Notes under the pieces: generated by a model
The model's database searches: none
What the model saw: the letters and a program-made list of their open reading frames with translations, nothing else
Told to the model about the DNA's origin: nothing
DNA from: Candidatus Nomurabacteria bacterium
Lineage (GTDB): Bacteria; Patescibacteriota; Minisyncoccia; Phycocordibacterales; UBA9973
Length of the DNA: 64,000 bases
NCBI GenBank assembly: GCA_026396065.1
Contig: JAPLXO010000004.1
Coordinates: forward strand, 18,387-82,386
Direction: 5' to 3'
Program-made: the position numbers and the translations under genes
Shown here: one piece after another, positions 1-9,892 of the stretch
Position numbering within the stretch: position 1 is the stretch's first letter
How the letters are laid out: each line of letters begins with the position of its first letter

Positions 1-2851
1 TCTGATCAGTTTTTGATTCTGTTGTAGTGAAAGAATATTCTGGTTCAATGGTGTCTTTTGTAGCGTTAGGATCAATTTTAAAGGTGGCATTAGTAGGAGC
101 TACTTGTTTTTTCGATGTAGTAGGATTAACGGTGATTGATCCTGGGGTAAGTGTCGGAGCTATGAATGATTGGATTGGAGACCATTGGCAGAAGGTCATT
201 TTAGTAGCGCCGGCATTTTCTTTGAGAGGATCTGGGTCGTTCAAACATCTCTGACGCCAGAAATATTGTTGGCCAGGTACAAGCAATGGAAGTTCTACAG
301 AAACCTTACCTGTTAAATTACCATTAGCAATCACGGGCACAGGACCAAAAGAACCAAAATGAAGATCCTTTCTTGGTTCCCAAGAAGGTCCATAATTCTT
401 AGCAACTATTTCAAATTTATATTCTCCTTTAGTACCACCGAATGAAAGCGTTGATATTGTTTTGGATGGATTCTGTGAAATGCCTAGCACCGCTCCACCA
501 GTACTTTGATTAATAATTATCAAAGGTATACCAGATGTTAATACAAGCTGATTGTTTGCTTGAGGTGTTATGTTCATACCAGTAAGTGTAGTCATTTTAG
601 GGAAGAAGTCGTCTATGTTGGAATCGTAGTCATATAGACCAGTCAGGAATGCATTTTGTCTGATCAGATCGTCATTGGCATAATCATATGGTTGATCTGG
701 TGGATTATAGGGATAATATTTATTATTTTCGGTGTAATATCCATTTGCATATGCCACTTTTATATCAGAAATTCGACTCCACTCTAAAATATCTTTAAAC
801 TTATTAACCACCATTTTTCTGGAATCATAATTTTGATTTGGAATGATTTGTCGGGTGACATATAGATCAGAATATTGGTCTGGTGCTTCTCCTGTGCCTA
901 TTTGTGTCGTACTGGTTCCACTACCATTTATTGCAAGGCTTGCAGTATTAGTTTGAGTTGTTTGAGTGTTTGTTCCTATGCCACCAATCTGTGTAGTCGT
1001 TCCTGTTGTATTTGGAGTAATGGTAGGTGACGCATCAAGATTTGGTAATTTATCTAAGTCAGCAATATTTTCAGCTACATCTAGAACATATGCGGTGGCA
1101 GAAGCAGACTTGTTCCAAACTGGGAAATAAAATGAGAATGGTTCACGAGGAGCAGGAACCTCTATAATTCCGTCTTGATAATATTGCACATATACAGGAT
1201 TATTATTTTCATCAATACCTCTCACTCTCCAATATATGTACACATACGAAGGTACACCATTAGCATTATTCCCTCCGGGAATAGTTGCCTGACTTAGCTG
1301 TGCCCCTGGGCTTGAAGCAAAGTTATATTGAAACCCGGGTTTCCATTTGATTAAATCATCATCCATTTTTAAAGGAGCAGTCGGGTACATATCATTACTG
1401 ATGACATTTGTAGTGTGTTGAGAAACTCCACCAGCAGGACTGGTAAAATTAAATGTTGCTAAGTCTGTAAAGGGTGTCGAGTTTGGAAAAGGTGCATCAG
1501 AAAATTGAATTTCATATCTCCTCGCTGCATCAATTTTTTTCCAAGAGATAAATTCATATCCAGGACGATATCCACCTGTAGGCTTTCCATTAAAATAATA
1601 TCCATTATCACCAATACATAGAGGGGTTCCCGTGCCGACATCTGCTCCTCCACGAGCGAAATATATATGACCTACATTTACAGAGCAGTCGTAATAACGT
1701 GGGTCACCTGGGTGTGCTGGAGTAGTACTGTATGATGGAACTTGGATATTAAATGGATTCGCAGAATATCCATCACTGCCATGAAAAATCATATCACCAT
1801 GCACTCTAGCATTTTGCTGATCTACTGGATACACTGACCAGTTATAAGTGTTCAGACCGTATCCAGGGAATGTATAGCTCAAAGTTGTTACTGGTAAGAC
1901 AATATCGATTCCTCCATTAGGTAAACCGGTAGGTAATCCATCAATACCATTGTATGCGACAATATGTAAATGGTGCCCGGTTATTGCTGGCTGGCCTGCT
2001 GGCTGAGAAAAGGGTTTCCATTTTAATGTTACCGGCATTGAAGGCATAGATTCCGCTGGATTGCCAAGGGACCAATACGTTATGGGATATTCTTTTGCAT
2101 TATTTTGATTGTTTTCTTTATATGCTTCAAATATAGAACTGAGGGCTTTATTCCAGATATTTGAATGCGTGTATAAACTATCTGGTGGCCAAGCTAAGCT
2201 CTCATTTCCTCCGAAACCTGCTGGAAGTTTATAACTCGCTTGAATAAAACCTTTTGAGTCAATTTCAGTTGGATCTGCATCTGATGTTGAGTTTGAAGTT
2301 CCCACAATAAATGGATCATTATGTGGAAAAGAACCCAAAAATGGCTGCAGTATGTTTAAATCATATGGCCAACCAGAAACATTTACAGATCCGGTACCAC
2401 TATCATTTAAAATAGAACTTGGATTAGGAAAAGAAAGTGATGTATATTTGTTTGGTATAGAAGATAATTGAGGCAATGGATTGAGCATCGACATGTTTAT
2501 GGTTATAGGTGAAGCAATAACACCTCTATGAGGATTACCCCACCTTTGAGGGCCTCCTTTAACAGCATTTATTGATCCCTCTTTACCAAGAGAGTGGGCG
2601 TCCTCTGCGTTATAAGAAGGCATTCCTACTTCTGAGCATTTGCCAGCATGGGTTAATGAACACGTTGCATTATCATTGGTACAAGACCATACTATTACCT
2701 TAGGAGTGCCATCATCATATTCTTCTGGCACGCCTTGATATTCTGTACTATTTGTAGTACAGCCAAGTTGAATCGCGTAAATAAACTTCGCTCCACTCAA
2801 AACCAACACCATTATTAATAAGAACTTCGAGATATTTATAAATATTTTCAT
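1..2851 (-). CDS. Large secreted/surface protein, partial (>950 aa, runs off the left edge)
   Basis: Absent from the ORF track. ATG at 2851 gives MKIFINISKFLLIMVLVLSGAKFIYA (signal-like); frame open where spot-checked (start, ~1200, left edge); Pro/Thr/Asn-rich with FN3-like YWRVRG and QYFWRQR motifs. Confidence 0.8.
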   Translation of the reverse strand, partial: MKIFINISKFLLIMVLVLSGAKFIYAIQLGCTTNSTEYQGVPEEYDDGTPKVIVWSCTNDNATCSLTHAGKCSEVGMPSYNAEDAHSLGKEGSINAVKGGPQRWGNPHRGVIASPITINMSMLNPLPQLSSIPNKYTSLSFPNPSSILNDSGTGSVNVSGWPYDLNILQPFLGSFPHNDPFIVGTSNSTSDADPTEIDSKGFIQASYKLPAGFGGNESLAWPPDSLYTHSNIWNKALSSIFEAYKENNQNNAKEYPITYWSLGNPAESMPSMPVTLKWKPFSQPAGQPAITGHHLHIVAYNGIDGLPTGLPNGGIDIVLPVTTLSYTFPGYGLNTYNWSVYPVDQQNARVHGDMIFHGSDGYSANPFNIQVPSYSTTPAHPGDPRYYDCSVNVGHIYFARGGADVGTGTPLCIGDNGYYFNGKPTGGYRPGYEFISWKKIDAARRYEIQFSDAPFPNSTPFTDLATFNFTSPAGGVSQHTTNVISNDMYPTAPLKMDDDLIKWKPGFQYNFASSPGAQLSQATIPGGNNANGVPSYVYIYWRVRGIDENNNPVYVQYYQDGIIEVPAPREPFSFYFPVWNKSASATAYVLDVAENIADLDKLPNLDASPTITPNTTGTTTQIGGIGTNTQTTQTNTASLAINGSGTSTTQIGTGEAPDQYSDLYVTRQIIPNQNYDSRKMVVNKFKDILEWSRISDIKVAYANGYYTENNKYYPYNPPDQPYDYANDDLIRQNAFLTGLYDYDSNIDDFFPKMTTLTGMNITPQANNQLVLTSGIPLIIINQSTGGAVLGISQNPSKTISTLSFGGTKGEYKFEIVAKNYGPSWEPRKDLHFGSFGPVPVIANGNLTGKVSVELPLLVPGQQYFWRQRCLNDPDPLKENAGATKMTFCQWSPIQSFIAPTLTPGSITVNPTTSKKQVAPTNATFKIDPNATKDTIEPEYSFTTTESKTDQ

Positions 2852-2916
2852 ATACTAAATAATACCATATTTTCAAAAATTACAACCCCCCCGTGGATAA
2901 CTGAAAATAAAAACAA

Positions 2917-2941
2917 ATGTCGGAGGGAAACACTCCGACAT
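2917..2941. repeat. REP-like palindrome, variant of the RAYT-flanking REPs
   Basis: ATGTCGGAG-GGAAACA-CTCCGACAT; shares the CGGAGGG..CTCCG core with 3725 and 4408. Confidence 0.6.
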
Positions 2942-2973
2942 AAGGTTGCAGAAGAGAAATAAAATTCTAAAAA

Positions 2974-3019
2974 AGACAAACAAAAAATCCCCATTCAGTT
3001 GGGGATTTTTTGTTTGTCT
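2974..3019. terminator. Long intrinsic terminator hairpin
   Basis: AGACAAACAAAAAATCCCCA-ttcagt-TGGGGATTTTTTGTTTGTCT downstream of the minus-strand gene ending at 3040. Confidence 0.8.
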
Positions 3020-3039
3020 CAAAAGAAACATGATTAAGT

Positions 3040-3654
3040 TTATCTGTTACCACCAAGTTTTTTTGTACAAGCGGCAACTTCATCATCAATACATTGCAGA
3101 TAATCTGGATATGAGAGATGACGACCACCACATAAATTAATAGCAAATTGTCGACAAAATCCACCATTTGGTGCTTTAAGATCTCCATTACTAGAAACAC
3201 CTTTTGAAATAGAACGATTATACCAATTATATAAAAAGGTTGAAGTTTCAACTTGTTGCTTTTTATCAAAAGCAAGAACAGCTTTTTTAAAATCATTTTG
3301 AAATTTTGTCTGTGCTGTAGTTAATGTTAATGTTGCTCCTGCTTGAGTAGCTCCTGTTCCTGTTACCGTATGTAAAGGAGGATTAATTGGATTTGCTAAA
3401 CAGGTTTGAAAAGTACCTCCAGCTGCATAACAATCATCAAGAGAAGCATACTCTGGAGGACAAGAACCATTAAGACAATAAGTAAAAGGTTGTGGAGTAG
3501 GAGGGACTATTGGAATACTTCCAACTACTGTTGCTGTCTGACTAGATTGTAAAATGAGAGAATCTTTAGCAACACCGAGAAGAACAAAGACCGCAAGACT
3601 AGCCACTACTACACCAGCACTAACGACTAAAAACTTTTTAATAGTATTTTGCAT
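3040..3654 (-). CDS. Hypothetical membrane-anchored Cys-containing protein
   Basis: 204 aa, N-terminal hydrophobic helix, two 4-Cys clusters. Confidence 0.75.
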   Translation of the reverse strand: MQNTIKKFLVVSAGVVVASLAVFVLLGVAKDSLILQSSQTATVVGSIPIVPPTPQPFTYCLNGSCPPEYASLDDCYAAGGTFQTCLANPINPPLHTVTGTGATQAGATLTLTTAQTKFQNDFKKAVLAFDKKQQVETSTFLYNWYNRSISKGVSSNGDLKAPNGGFCRQFAINLCGGRHLSYPDYLQCIDDEVAACTKKLGGNR

Positions 3655-3724
3655 AAAATTTAATAATTTGACCTATTTTTAATAATATTGTAATTATAAC
3701 CCCCCCCCACAAAAATGCAAGACA

Positions 3725-3747
3725 GCGGAGGGTTCCCCTCCGCCCTA
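3725..3747. repeat. REP palindrome, left of RAYT
   Basis: GCGGAGGG-TTC-CCCTCCGC; reverse complement of the copy at 4408-4432. Confidence 0.85.
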
Positions 3748-3769
3748 AACTCTGTTATACTAAATATAT

Positions 3770-4396
3770 ATGTCTACAAGAAAACAATCTTTTGCAATAA
3801 ATGAATTTTATCATCTATATAATAGAGGAACTGAAAAAAGAACAATATTCTTAGAAAAGAAAGATTATGAACATTTCTTGTTTTTAATGCATATTTGTAA
3901 TACGAGCAAAAGTATTGAATTAAGGAAAATTGGTAAAAACTTTGATCGCAAGGAAACTTTAGTTAATATCGGAGCGTACTGTTTAATGCCAAATCATTTT
4001 CATATTTTAGGTTACGAAAAAATAGAAGGTGGAATTTCTAAGTACATGCTTAAACTATTAACTGCATACACAATGTATTTTAATAAAAAATACAAACGAA
4101 CAGGAAAACTATACGAAGGAGTATTTAAATCAATTCATGTAAACACGGACCGTTACTTGAAATACCTTTATTCTTATATACACCTGAACCCAGCAAAATT
4201 AGTTGATAAAAATTGGAAAGAAAACAAAAAAAGAAATACTGCTGAGTTATTAAATTATGTTTTTAATTATAAATATTCTAGCTTAGAAGAGTATTTAAAT
4301 TTAAATTTTAATATAGTAAATCAAAATCCATTTCCAAATTATTTTGGAAAACTAAATGATCATAAAAAAGAACTTTTTGAATGGTTAGAAATTTAA
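3770..4396 (+). CDS. REP-associated tyrosine transposase (RAYT, Y1 HUH family)
   Basis: YHLYNRG, AYCLMPNHFH (HUH), YIHLNP, YSS motifs; flanked by inverted REPs. Confidence 0.9.
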   Translation: MSTRKQSFAINEFYHLYNRGTEKRTIFLEKKDYEHFLFLMHICNTSKSIELRKIGKNFDRKETLVNIGAYCLMPNHFHILGYEKIEGGISKYMLKLLTAYTMYFNKKYKRTGKLYEGVFKSIHVNTDRYLKYLYSYIHLNPAKLVDKNWKENKKRNTAELLNYVFNYKYSSLEEYLNLNFNIVNQNPFPNYFGKLNDHKKELFEWLEI

Positions 4397-4407
4397 AAAT
4401 AACAACG

Positions 4408-4432
4408 AGGGCGGAGGGGAACCCTCCGCCCT
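4408..4432. repeat. REP palindrome, right of RAYT
   Basis: AGGGCGGAGGG-GAA-CCCTCCGCCCT. Confidence 0.85.
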
Positions 4433-4468
4433 AGCTCGATTATAATTTTAGGCATATAATTAAAATCT

Positions 4469-5053
4469 ATGGCAAATATAAATCAAAAACCTTCGAAGTT
4501 TATGTACAATCTTTTGCATGTGCTTCCAGCATTTGCAGATGAAAGTAAAAATGTTATTAATGTAATTGTCGAAGTTTCTGCAGGCAGTATAAATAAATAT
4601 GAAATTATCACTGAGTCTGGTCAATTGAAACTCGACCGTGTCGGCTACTCTTCCCTTTCGTATCCATTTACTTATGGGGCAATTCCAATGACTTGGGATT
4701 ATGATGGCGACCCTCTCGATGTAGAAATAGTAAACATTACAGAGCCACTCGTACCGGGATCATTGGTAGAAGCTAGAGTAATTGGTGTGATGAAATTCGT
4801 AGATGGTGGAGAAGTAGATGATAAAATCATAGCTGTTTTAAATGACGACAGACGTTCTGACCATATAAAACATGTCGACGACCTAGGTGAATACTTTAAA
4901 ACACAGACTAAATATTTCTGGGAAAATATAAAATTCTTAAAGAAACCAGGCACAGGAGTAGTAGAGACTTTCTACGGACCAGATGAAGCTATGAAAGTCC
5001 TCAAAGAATGCGAAGAAAAATATAAAAATGAATACGCTCCAAAATTAGAATAG
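4469..5053 (+). CDS. ppa: Inorganic pyrophosphatase (family I)
   Basis: KYE, LDR, YG.IP.T, DGDPLD, D.GE.DDKII motifs. Confidence 0.95.
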   Translation: MANINQKPSKFMYNLLHVLPAFADESKNVINVIVEVSAGSINKYEIITESGQLKLDRVGYSSLSYPFTYGAIPMTWDYDGDPLDVEIVNITEPLVPGSLVEARVIGVMKFVDGGEVDDKIIAVLNDDRRSDHIKHVDDLGEYFKTQTKYFWENIKFLKKPGTGVVETFYGPDEAMKVLKECEEKYKNEYAPKLE

Positions 5054-5092
5054 TAAAACAAAAAAATCCTTAATAATTTAAGGATTTTTTTA

Positions 5093-5240
5093 TTGACATT
5101 TTGTCTTTTAAATGCTATATATAAATAGATTTTGGCACTTTGAAAAAAAAATTTTGGGAAATATTATTGCACTTTCAAGTACTTATATAAAGTATGAGTC
5201 TTTGAAAGTGTAATAATGCACTAATCTCAAAAAATAAACC
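5093..5240 (+). promoter_or_regulatory. Promoter + boxA-like motif + long leader hairpin
   Basis: TTGACA(5093)-17-TATATA; GCACTTTGAAAA 5135-5146; hairpin ATTATTGCACTTTCAAG..CTTTGAAAGTGTAATAAT 5163-5217. Confidence 0.7.
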
Positions 5241-5576
5241 ATGGCGGTAGCAGAAATACAAAACACTGCGACAATTATAAAATATTTGTCGTATGAAATT
5301 TGCCGAATAATTCGGCGTCTAACAAAATACAAAATAAAGGGAGATAAAACCCTAAAACCAGGAGAAATTTGTTTAAATGTTGAAAATCTTGGAGAAACAC
5401 AAGTTTGGATAAGGATAAACAATGGATCACCTGAAGAAAAAGAGGAAATAGTCGAAGAATTAATAGAAACAATAGGTAAACAATTTGGCCCAAAAGCTAC
5501 AATAGAACCTACTGTGAAAACTTTAACAATTTCAATCGATGGCCTAAAAAACAAGCCATCAAAAAAGAAAAATTAG
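5241..5576 (+). CDS. Hypothetical protein
   Basis: 111 aa ORF between its own promoter/leader and a terminator at ~5590-5626. Confidence 0.7.
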   Translation: MAVAEIQNTATIIKYLSYEICRIIRRLTKYKIKGDKTLKPGEICLNVENLGETQVWIRINNGSPEEKEEIVEELIETIGKQFGPKATIEPTVKTLTISIDGLKNKPSKKKN

Positions 5577-5720
5577 TAAAAATTTATCTAAAAAGCCCTG
5601 TTGCAGAAATGTAGCAGGGATTTTTATTTGTAAGATTTGCACATTTGAAACGGCATATATTAGTGTATAATAGAAAGTACAGTCGGTTTATTAGTAATTT
5701 ATTAGTTTAAAAATAATTGT

Positions 5721-6530
5721 ATGAAAAAATATTTAATTTTAAGTTTAGTTTTAGCTATGACTTTAGGTGTATCTGGTGTCACTCGTGCAGAAAATAATGG
5801 TAACGAGCAAGAACAAAATAGAAATCAAGTGCAACAAGATAGAAAAGATATGAGAAATAGTATACAAGATGCTAGAGAAGCATTGCGTGGCGATATTAAA
5901 GGAGAAAGAAGAGATTTAAGAGAAGGTGTAAGACAAGAAAGAGAAGATTTTAAAGATGGGAGAAAGGCTGAATTTGAAGCAATGAAAGCTGATGGAGAAG
6001 TAACTCCAGAAGAAAGAGCTACTTTCAAAGCAGGATTGGAAGCAGATAAAGTAGCACTAAAAGCTGATATAGAAGCTAAAAAATTATCATTTGAAACTGA
6101 AGTAAAAACAAGAAAAGAAGCTTTTAAAAAAGAAACTGAAGAAAAGAAAAGTGCTTGGAGAGAAGAAGCAGAAAAAGTAAGAACAGAAGGTTTAGCAAAT
6201 GCTATTTCAAATATAGAATCAGCTCAAGCAAGACTTTCTCTAAAACTAGTAGAGATGAGTGCAGCAGGGAAAAATGTAACAACAGCACAAACATCACTAG
6301 CTAGTTCAAAAACAAATCTAGAAACAGCAAAGACAAAATTAGCTGCACTTACAATACCTACTACAATGACAGCAGAAGCTTTTGCAGCAATCAAATTAAG
6401 TATAAATGATATAAAAAGTTCATTGATACTATCAAGAGGAGATTTGAACACTGCAATTAAATTAGCAAGATTAGCAAATACTCCTGTAGTACCAGCTTCA
6501 ACGACTACTCCACCCACAACGACTCAATAA
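5721..6530 (+). CDS. Secreted coiled-coil protein
   Basis: Signal peptide MKKYLILSLVLAMTLGVSGVTRA; E/R/K/A-rich helical body. Confidence 0.85.
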   Translation: MKKYLILSLVLAMTLGVSGVTRAENNGNEQEQNRNQVQQDRKDMRNSIQDAREALRGDIKGERRDLREGVRQEREDFKDGRKAEFEAMKADGEVTPEERATFKAGLEADKVALKADIEAKKLSFETEVKTRKEAFKKETEEKKSAWREEAEKVRTEGLANAISNIESAQARLSLKLVEMSAAGKNVTTAQTSLASSKTNLETAKTKLAALTIPTTMTAEAFAAIKLSINDIKSSLILSRGDLNTAIKLARLANTPVVPASTTTPPTTTQ

Positions 6531-6579
6531 TTATTATTAATTAAATTACGCTAAGCGTGATTTTACCAAATCAAATAAC

Positions 6580-6798
6580 ATGGAACAAAAATCAAATGGT
6601 GCATTAATAGGTTCAATAATTATAATAGTATTGTTAATTATTGGTGGAGTTTACCTTTATCAAACAAGTGTAAAACAAAAACTTGACCAAAAAAATACTC
6701 CAGCCACAGTACAAACACAATCTACTACAGATGAATTTTCAACATTAGAAAATGAAACAAATAATATAGATCTAAATAATATAGATAAAAACCTATAA
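6580..6798 (+). CDS. Small single-pass membrane protein
   Basis: 72 aa with one TM helix; followed by a terminator at ~6810-6840. Confidence 0.75.
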   Translation: MEQKSNGALIGSIIIIVLLIIGGVYLYQTSVKQKLDQKNTPATVQTQSTTDEFSTLENETNNIDLNNIDKNL

Positions 6799-6879
6799 AA
6801 AGTTTCTATTAAAAAATCCCCTTTAAAAGGGGATTTTTTAATTTTGACAAAAGAGAGCAATAAATATAATATGGGGAAT

Positions 6880-7935
6880 ATGAAAATAAATATAAAAAAA
6901 TTACCACAAAGCATGGTTGAAATAGAGGGCGAATTGGAAGCTGAAATTTTTGAGAGCTATTATACTAAGGCTTTAAAAAAAATTGGTGAAAATTTAGAAA
7001 TAGATGGTTTCCGTAAAGGTAAAGTACCTGAAAATATCTTAGTATCAAAAGTTCCAGAAATAAAAATTCTAGAAGAAATGGCAGAAATGGCTCTTGGTGA
7101 GAATTATGGAAAAATTTTAGATGAGAATAAAATTGACGCTATTTCACGACCAGAAATAATGATTACTAAATTAGCTAGAAATAATCCTCTCGGATTTAAT
7201 ATAAAAACTGCTATTTTACCAGAAGTTAAAATGGCTGATTATAAGGAAATTGCTAAAAAGGTTTTAAAGGAAATTCCAGAAGAGGATAAAAATATTGTTG
7301 TATCAGGTGATGAAGTAGAAAAAGTAATTTTAGATATTAGAAAATCTAGAGCACCAAGAGTAGAAGTAGCAGAAGGTGCTGAAGCAAAAGAAGGAGAAAA
7401 GGAATTAGAACCAGTACTTCCAGAACTAAATGATGAATTTGTAAAAGGTATGGGACCTTTTGAAAATGTTGATGATTTCAAGAAAAAACTCAAAGAAAAT
7501 TTGATACTAGAAAAAACAAATCAATCAAAAGAAAAAACAAGAATAAAAATGATTGAGGCAATCATTGAAAAATCAGAAATGGAATTACCAGAAATTTTAG
7601 TGAAATCAGAAACTGACAAAATCATTCACAGAATGCAGGGTGACATAGCACAGATGGGTTTGAAATTTGAAGATTATTTAGTTCACCTAAAAAAGACAAT
7701 TGATGAAATTCGTGCAGATTTCAGAAAAGATGCAGAGCAAAGATCCAGACTTTCTTTAGTTCTAGCTAATATTGCTAAATTGGAAAATATAAAACCAGCA
7801 GAAGAAGACATCGAGCACGAAGTTTCTCATATTTTAGAGACATACAAAGATGCGGATCCGGAAAGTGCTAGAATGCATACAGAAAACGTATTAACAAATG
7901 AAAAAGTTTTCCAATTCTTAGAAATACAACAATAG
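6880..7935 (+). CDS. tig: Trigger factor (FKBP domain largely absent)
   Basis: GFRKGKVP ribosome-binding signature, PELNDEF, C-terminal domain; the TTG at 6844 is the -35 box, so ATG 6871/6880 is the likely start; upstream of clpP. Confidence 0.92.
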   Translation: MKINIKKLPQSMVEIEGELEAEIFESYYTKALKKIGENLEIDGFRKGKVPENILVSKVPEIKILEEMAEMALGENYGKILDENKIDAISRPEIMITKLARNNPLGFNIKTAILPEVKMADYKEIAKKVLKEIPEEDKNIVVSGDEVEKVILDIRKSRAPRVEVAEGAEAKEGEKELEPVLPELNDEFVKGMGPFENVDDFKKKLKENLILEKTNQSKEKTRIKMIEAIIEKSEMELPEILVKSETDKIIHRMQGDIAQMGLKFEDYLVHLKKTIDEIRADFRKDAEQRSRLSLVLANIAKLENIKPAEEDIEHEVSHILETYKDADPESARMHTENVLTNEKVFQFLEIQQ

Positions 7936-8161
7936 ACAATAAATATAATTTTGCTATAATATGAACATGTTAAGAAAACAAAAAATCAACGTATTACCCG
8001 TACCCCCTACCAGCTTAATGGTGGTTGATTTTTGTGCTCAATAATAAACTCTAAAAGAATTTACTTGAACAAAAAAACCAGCTACCAAGCTGGATTTTTT
8101 GTTGTTTTGTAAATTAAATAATAGTTTAAAGATCCCCAGAAAAGGCTGGGTAGTAAAAAAG

Positions 8162-8338
8162 ATGAAAAAGATTAGAGAACAAATCATTTTCGGAGTAGCA
8201 ATCGTTATTATTATTATAATTATAATAATAGCAGTAGTAGCTACTTCACCGTACTGGATTCTAGGATTAATCCGCCTAAAATTAAAAGGTGACTTAAAGC
8301 CAGATGACTACGGTAAAAGTTGGGGTTCAGCAAGCTGA
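8162..8338 (+). CDS. Small single-TM hypothetical protein
   Basis: MKKIREQIIFGVAIVIIIIIIIIAVVATSPYW; terminator at 8356-8396. Confidence 0.5.
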   Translation: MKKIREQIIFGVAIVIIIIIIIIAVVATSPYWILGLIRLKLKGDLKPDDYGKSWGSAS

Positions 8339-8446
8339 AATTCCAACATCACATCAAAATCCCTCACTAAAATATATAAAAGTGAGGGATTTTTTATTAC
8401 AAATATTCACTTGCAGAATTATTATAATCAGAATAGAATTTAATCA

Positions 8447-8725
8447 GGATAATTGTCGAAAGCTTTCATAGTGAAACTATTCTCGTTCCGAAAAAGAACA
8501 AGTACCACAAACGGACCGTCGTTTGTTAGGAAATAGTTTGGAGTAGCTATGATTAGGGAAGTTTTTATCGTCAGTTTCGATAATTCATAGTTCATCATGA
8601 GTTGGTCTTGGTTAGAAGTGTAAAGCAGTTAGGCCGTAAAATCGGTATTGGTAGAATACACCGCACCTGGATGGTATCTTTTGTCTATCACACTTTAATT
8701 GAACCGAAGGACACGACAATTTCTC
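8447..8725 (+). ncRNA. Candidate structured ncRNA of unknown family
   Basis: TTGCAG(8411)-17-TAGAAT promoter; closing stem AATTGTCG/CGACAATT; several internal helices; no ORF; terminator 8726-8757. Confidence 0.65.
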
Positions 8726-8757
8726 AAAAGGTCATCATTAGCTTGATGACCTTTTTT
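8726..8757 (+). terminator. Intrinsic terminator
   Basis: AAAAGGTCATCA-ttagct-TGATGACCTTTTTT. Confidence 0.85.
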
Positions 8758-8831
8758 ATTTTGACTAAATAAGCTTTTTTTGATAAAATTTTAATTGATA
8801 TATATAGTACAAATCATTAAAAGAAATAACA

Positions 8832-9137
8832 ATGCGAAAAAACTCATTAGTATTAGAAGAGTTATCGACTAAAATAGGAGGTCTCTTCAAGAAAAATTCT
8901 CCGGAAAAAAATGCAGAGAGAATTGAATTAATAAAAAAATTACGGAAAGAGTGTGGACACAAGAAAGTAATAGAGACTGATATCGATGAAATCGATCACA
9001 GATTCTGTACTATTTGTGGTACACAAGAATATGGTCTCGGCCATAATGAATTAGTAAATTCAAGTAAACGGACTGTTAGTCCTGAAAAATACTTGGAAAT
9101 AAAAGAACAAAAAGAATTTCTGCTATTCAATGAATAG
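8832..9137 (+). CDS. Hypothetical protein with a putative Zn ribbon
   Basis: CGH..CTICG; own TTGACT promoter (8761) and terminator. Confidence 0.7.
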   Translation: MRKNSLVLEELSTKIGGLFKKNSPEKNAERIELIKKLRKECGHKKVIETDIDEIDHRFCTICGTQEYGLGHNELVNSSKRTVSPEKYLEIKEQKEFLLFNE

Positions 9138-9223
9138 CCAACGCAATCCTTTTACCAAAAACGGGTTGCGTTTTTGGTTTTAAGGAGGTTGATTTGAAAT
9201 AAAATTAAGTATATTATTGAGTT

Positions 9224-9817
9224 ATGTTAATACCAACCGTTATAGAAAAAAGCCAATTTGGTGAGCGAGCGTATGATATTTACTCTCGTTTACTTCGTGA
9301 TCGTATTATTTTCCTTTCAGGACAAATAGACGACCACACAGCCAATATTATTATTGCTCAATTATTATTTTTAGAAAGTGAAGATCCTAAAAAAGATGTT
9401 TTCCTTTATGTGAACTCCCCTGGTGGCTCTGTCACTTCTACTATGGCCATCGTTGATACTATGAATCACATTCGCCCAGACATCGCGACATTTTGCGTAG
9501 GTATGGCAGCATCAGGTGCAGCTATTGTCCTCTCTGCTGGAAAGAAAGGCAAGAGATATATTTTGCCAAATGCTGAAGTCATGATTCACCAACCTTTAGG
9601 TGGCGTAGAAGGACAAGCCACAGATATCGCCATCTCTGCAAAACACATTTTGAAAACTCGTGATAATTTAAACAAACTCCTTGCGAAAAATACTGGCAAG
9701 ACCCTCGCTCAAATAGAAAAAGATGTCGAACGCGACTTCTACATGGATTCCGACGAAGCCAAAAAATACGGCATCATCGATGAAATAGTAACAAAGTCAA
9801 AAGCGACTCCTAAATAA
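9224..9817 (+). CDS. clpP: ATP-dependent Clp protease proteolytic subunit
   Basis: [26 protein letters not shown]. Confidence 0.97.
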   Translation: MLIPTVIEKSQFGERAYDIYSRLLRDRIIFLSGQIDDHTANIIIAQLLFLESEDPKKDVFLYVNSPGGSVTSTMAIVDTMNHIRPDIATFCVGMAASGAAIVLSAGKKGKRYILPNAEVMIHQPLGGVEGQATDIAISAKHILKTRDNLNKLLAKNTGKTLAQIEKDVERDFYMDSDEAKKYGIIDEIVTKSKATPK

Positions 9818-9840
9818 AAGAAAAATAAAAAATGAAACTA

Positions 9841-9878
9841 AAAAACTCCCTGCAAAATGAATTGCAGGAAGTTTTTTT
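9841..9878. terminator. Bidirectional terminator, twin of 11245-11280
   Basis: AAAAACTCCCTGCAA-aatgaa-TTGCAGGAAGTTTTT between convergent genes. Confidence 0.8.
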
Positions 9879-9892
9879 ATAATTTTTAAAGA

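Noticed and set aside
8447-8725. RNase P RNA, tmRNA or SRP RNA
   Set aside because: No GAGGAAAGUCC P4 signature, no tRNA-like ends or tag ORF, no SRP domain IV motif
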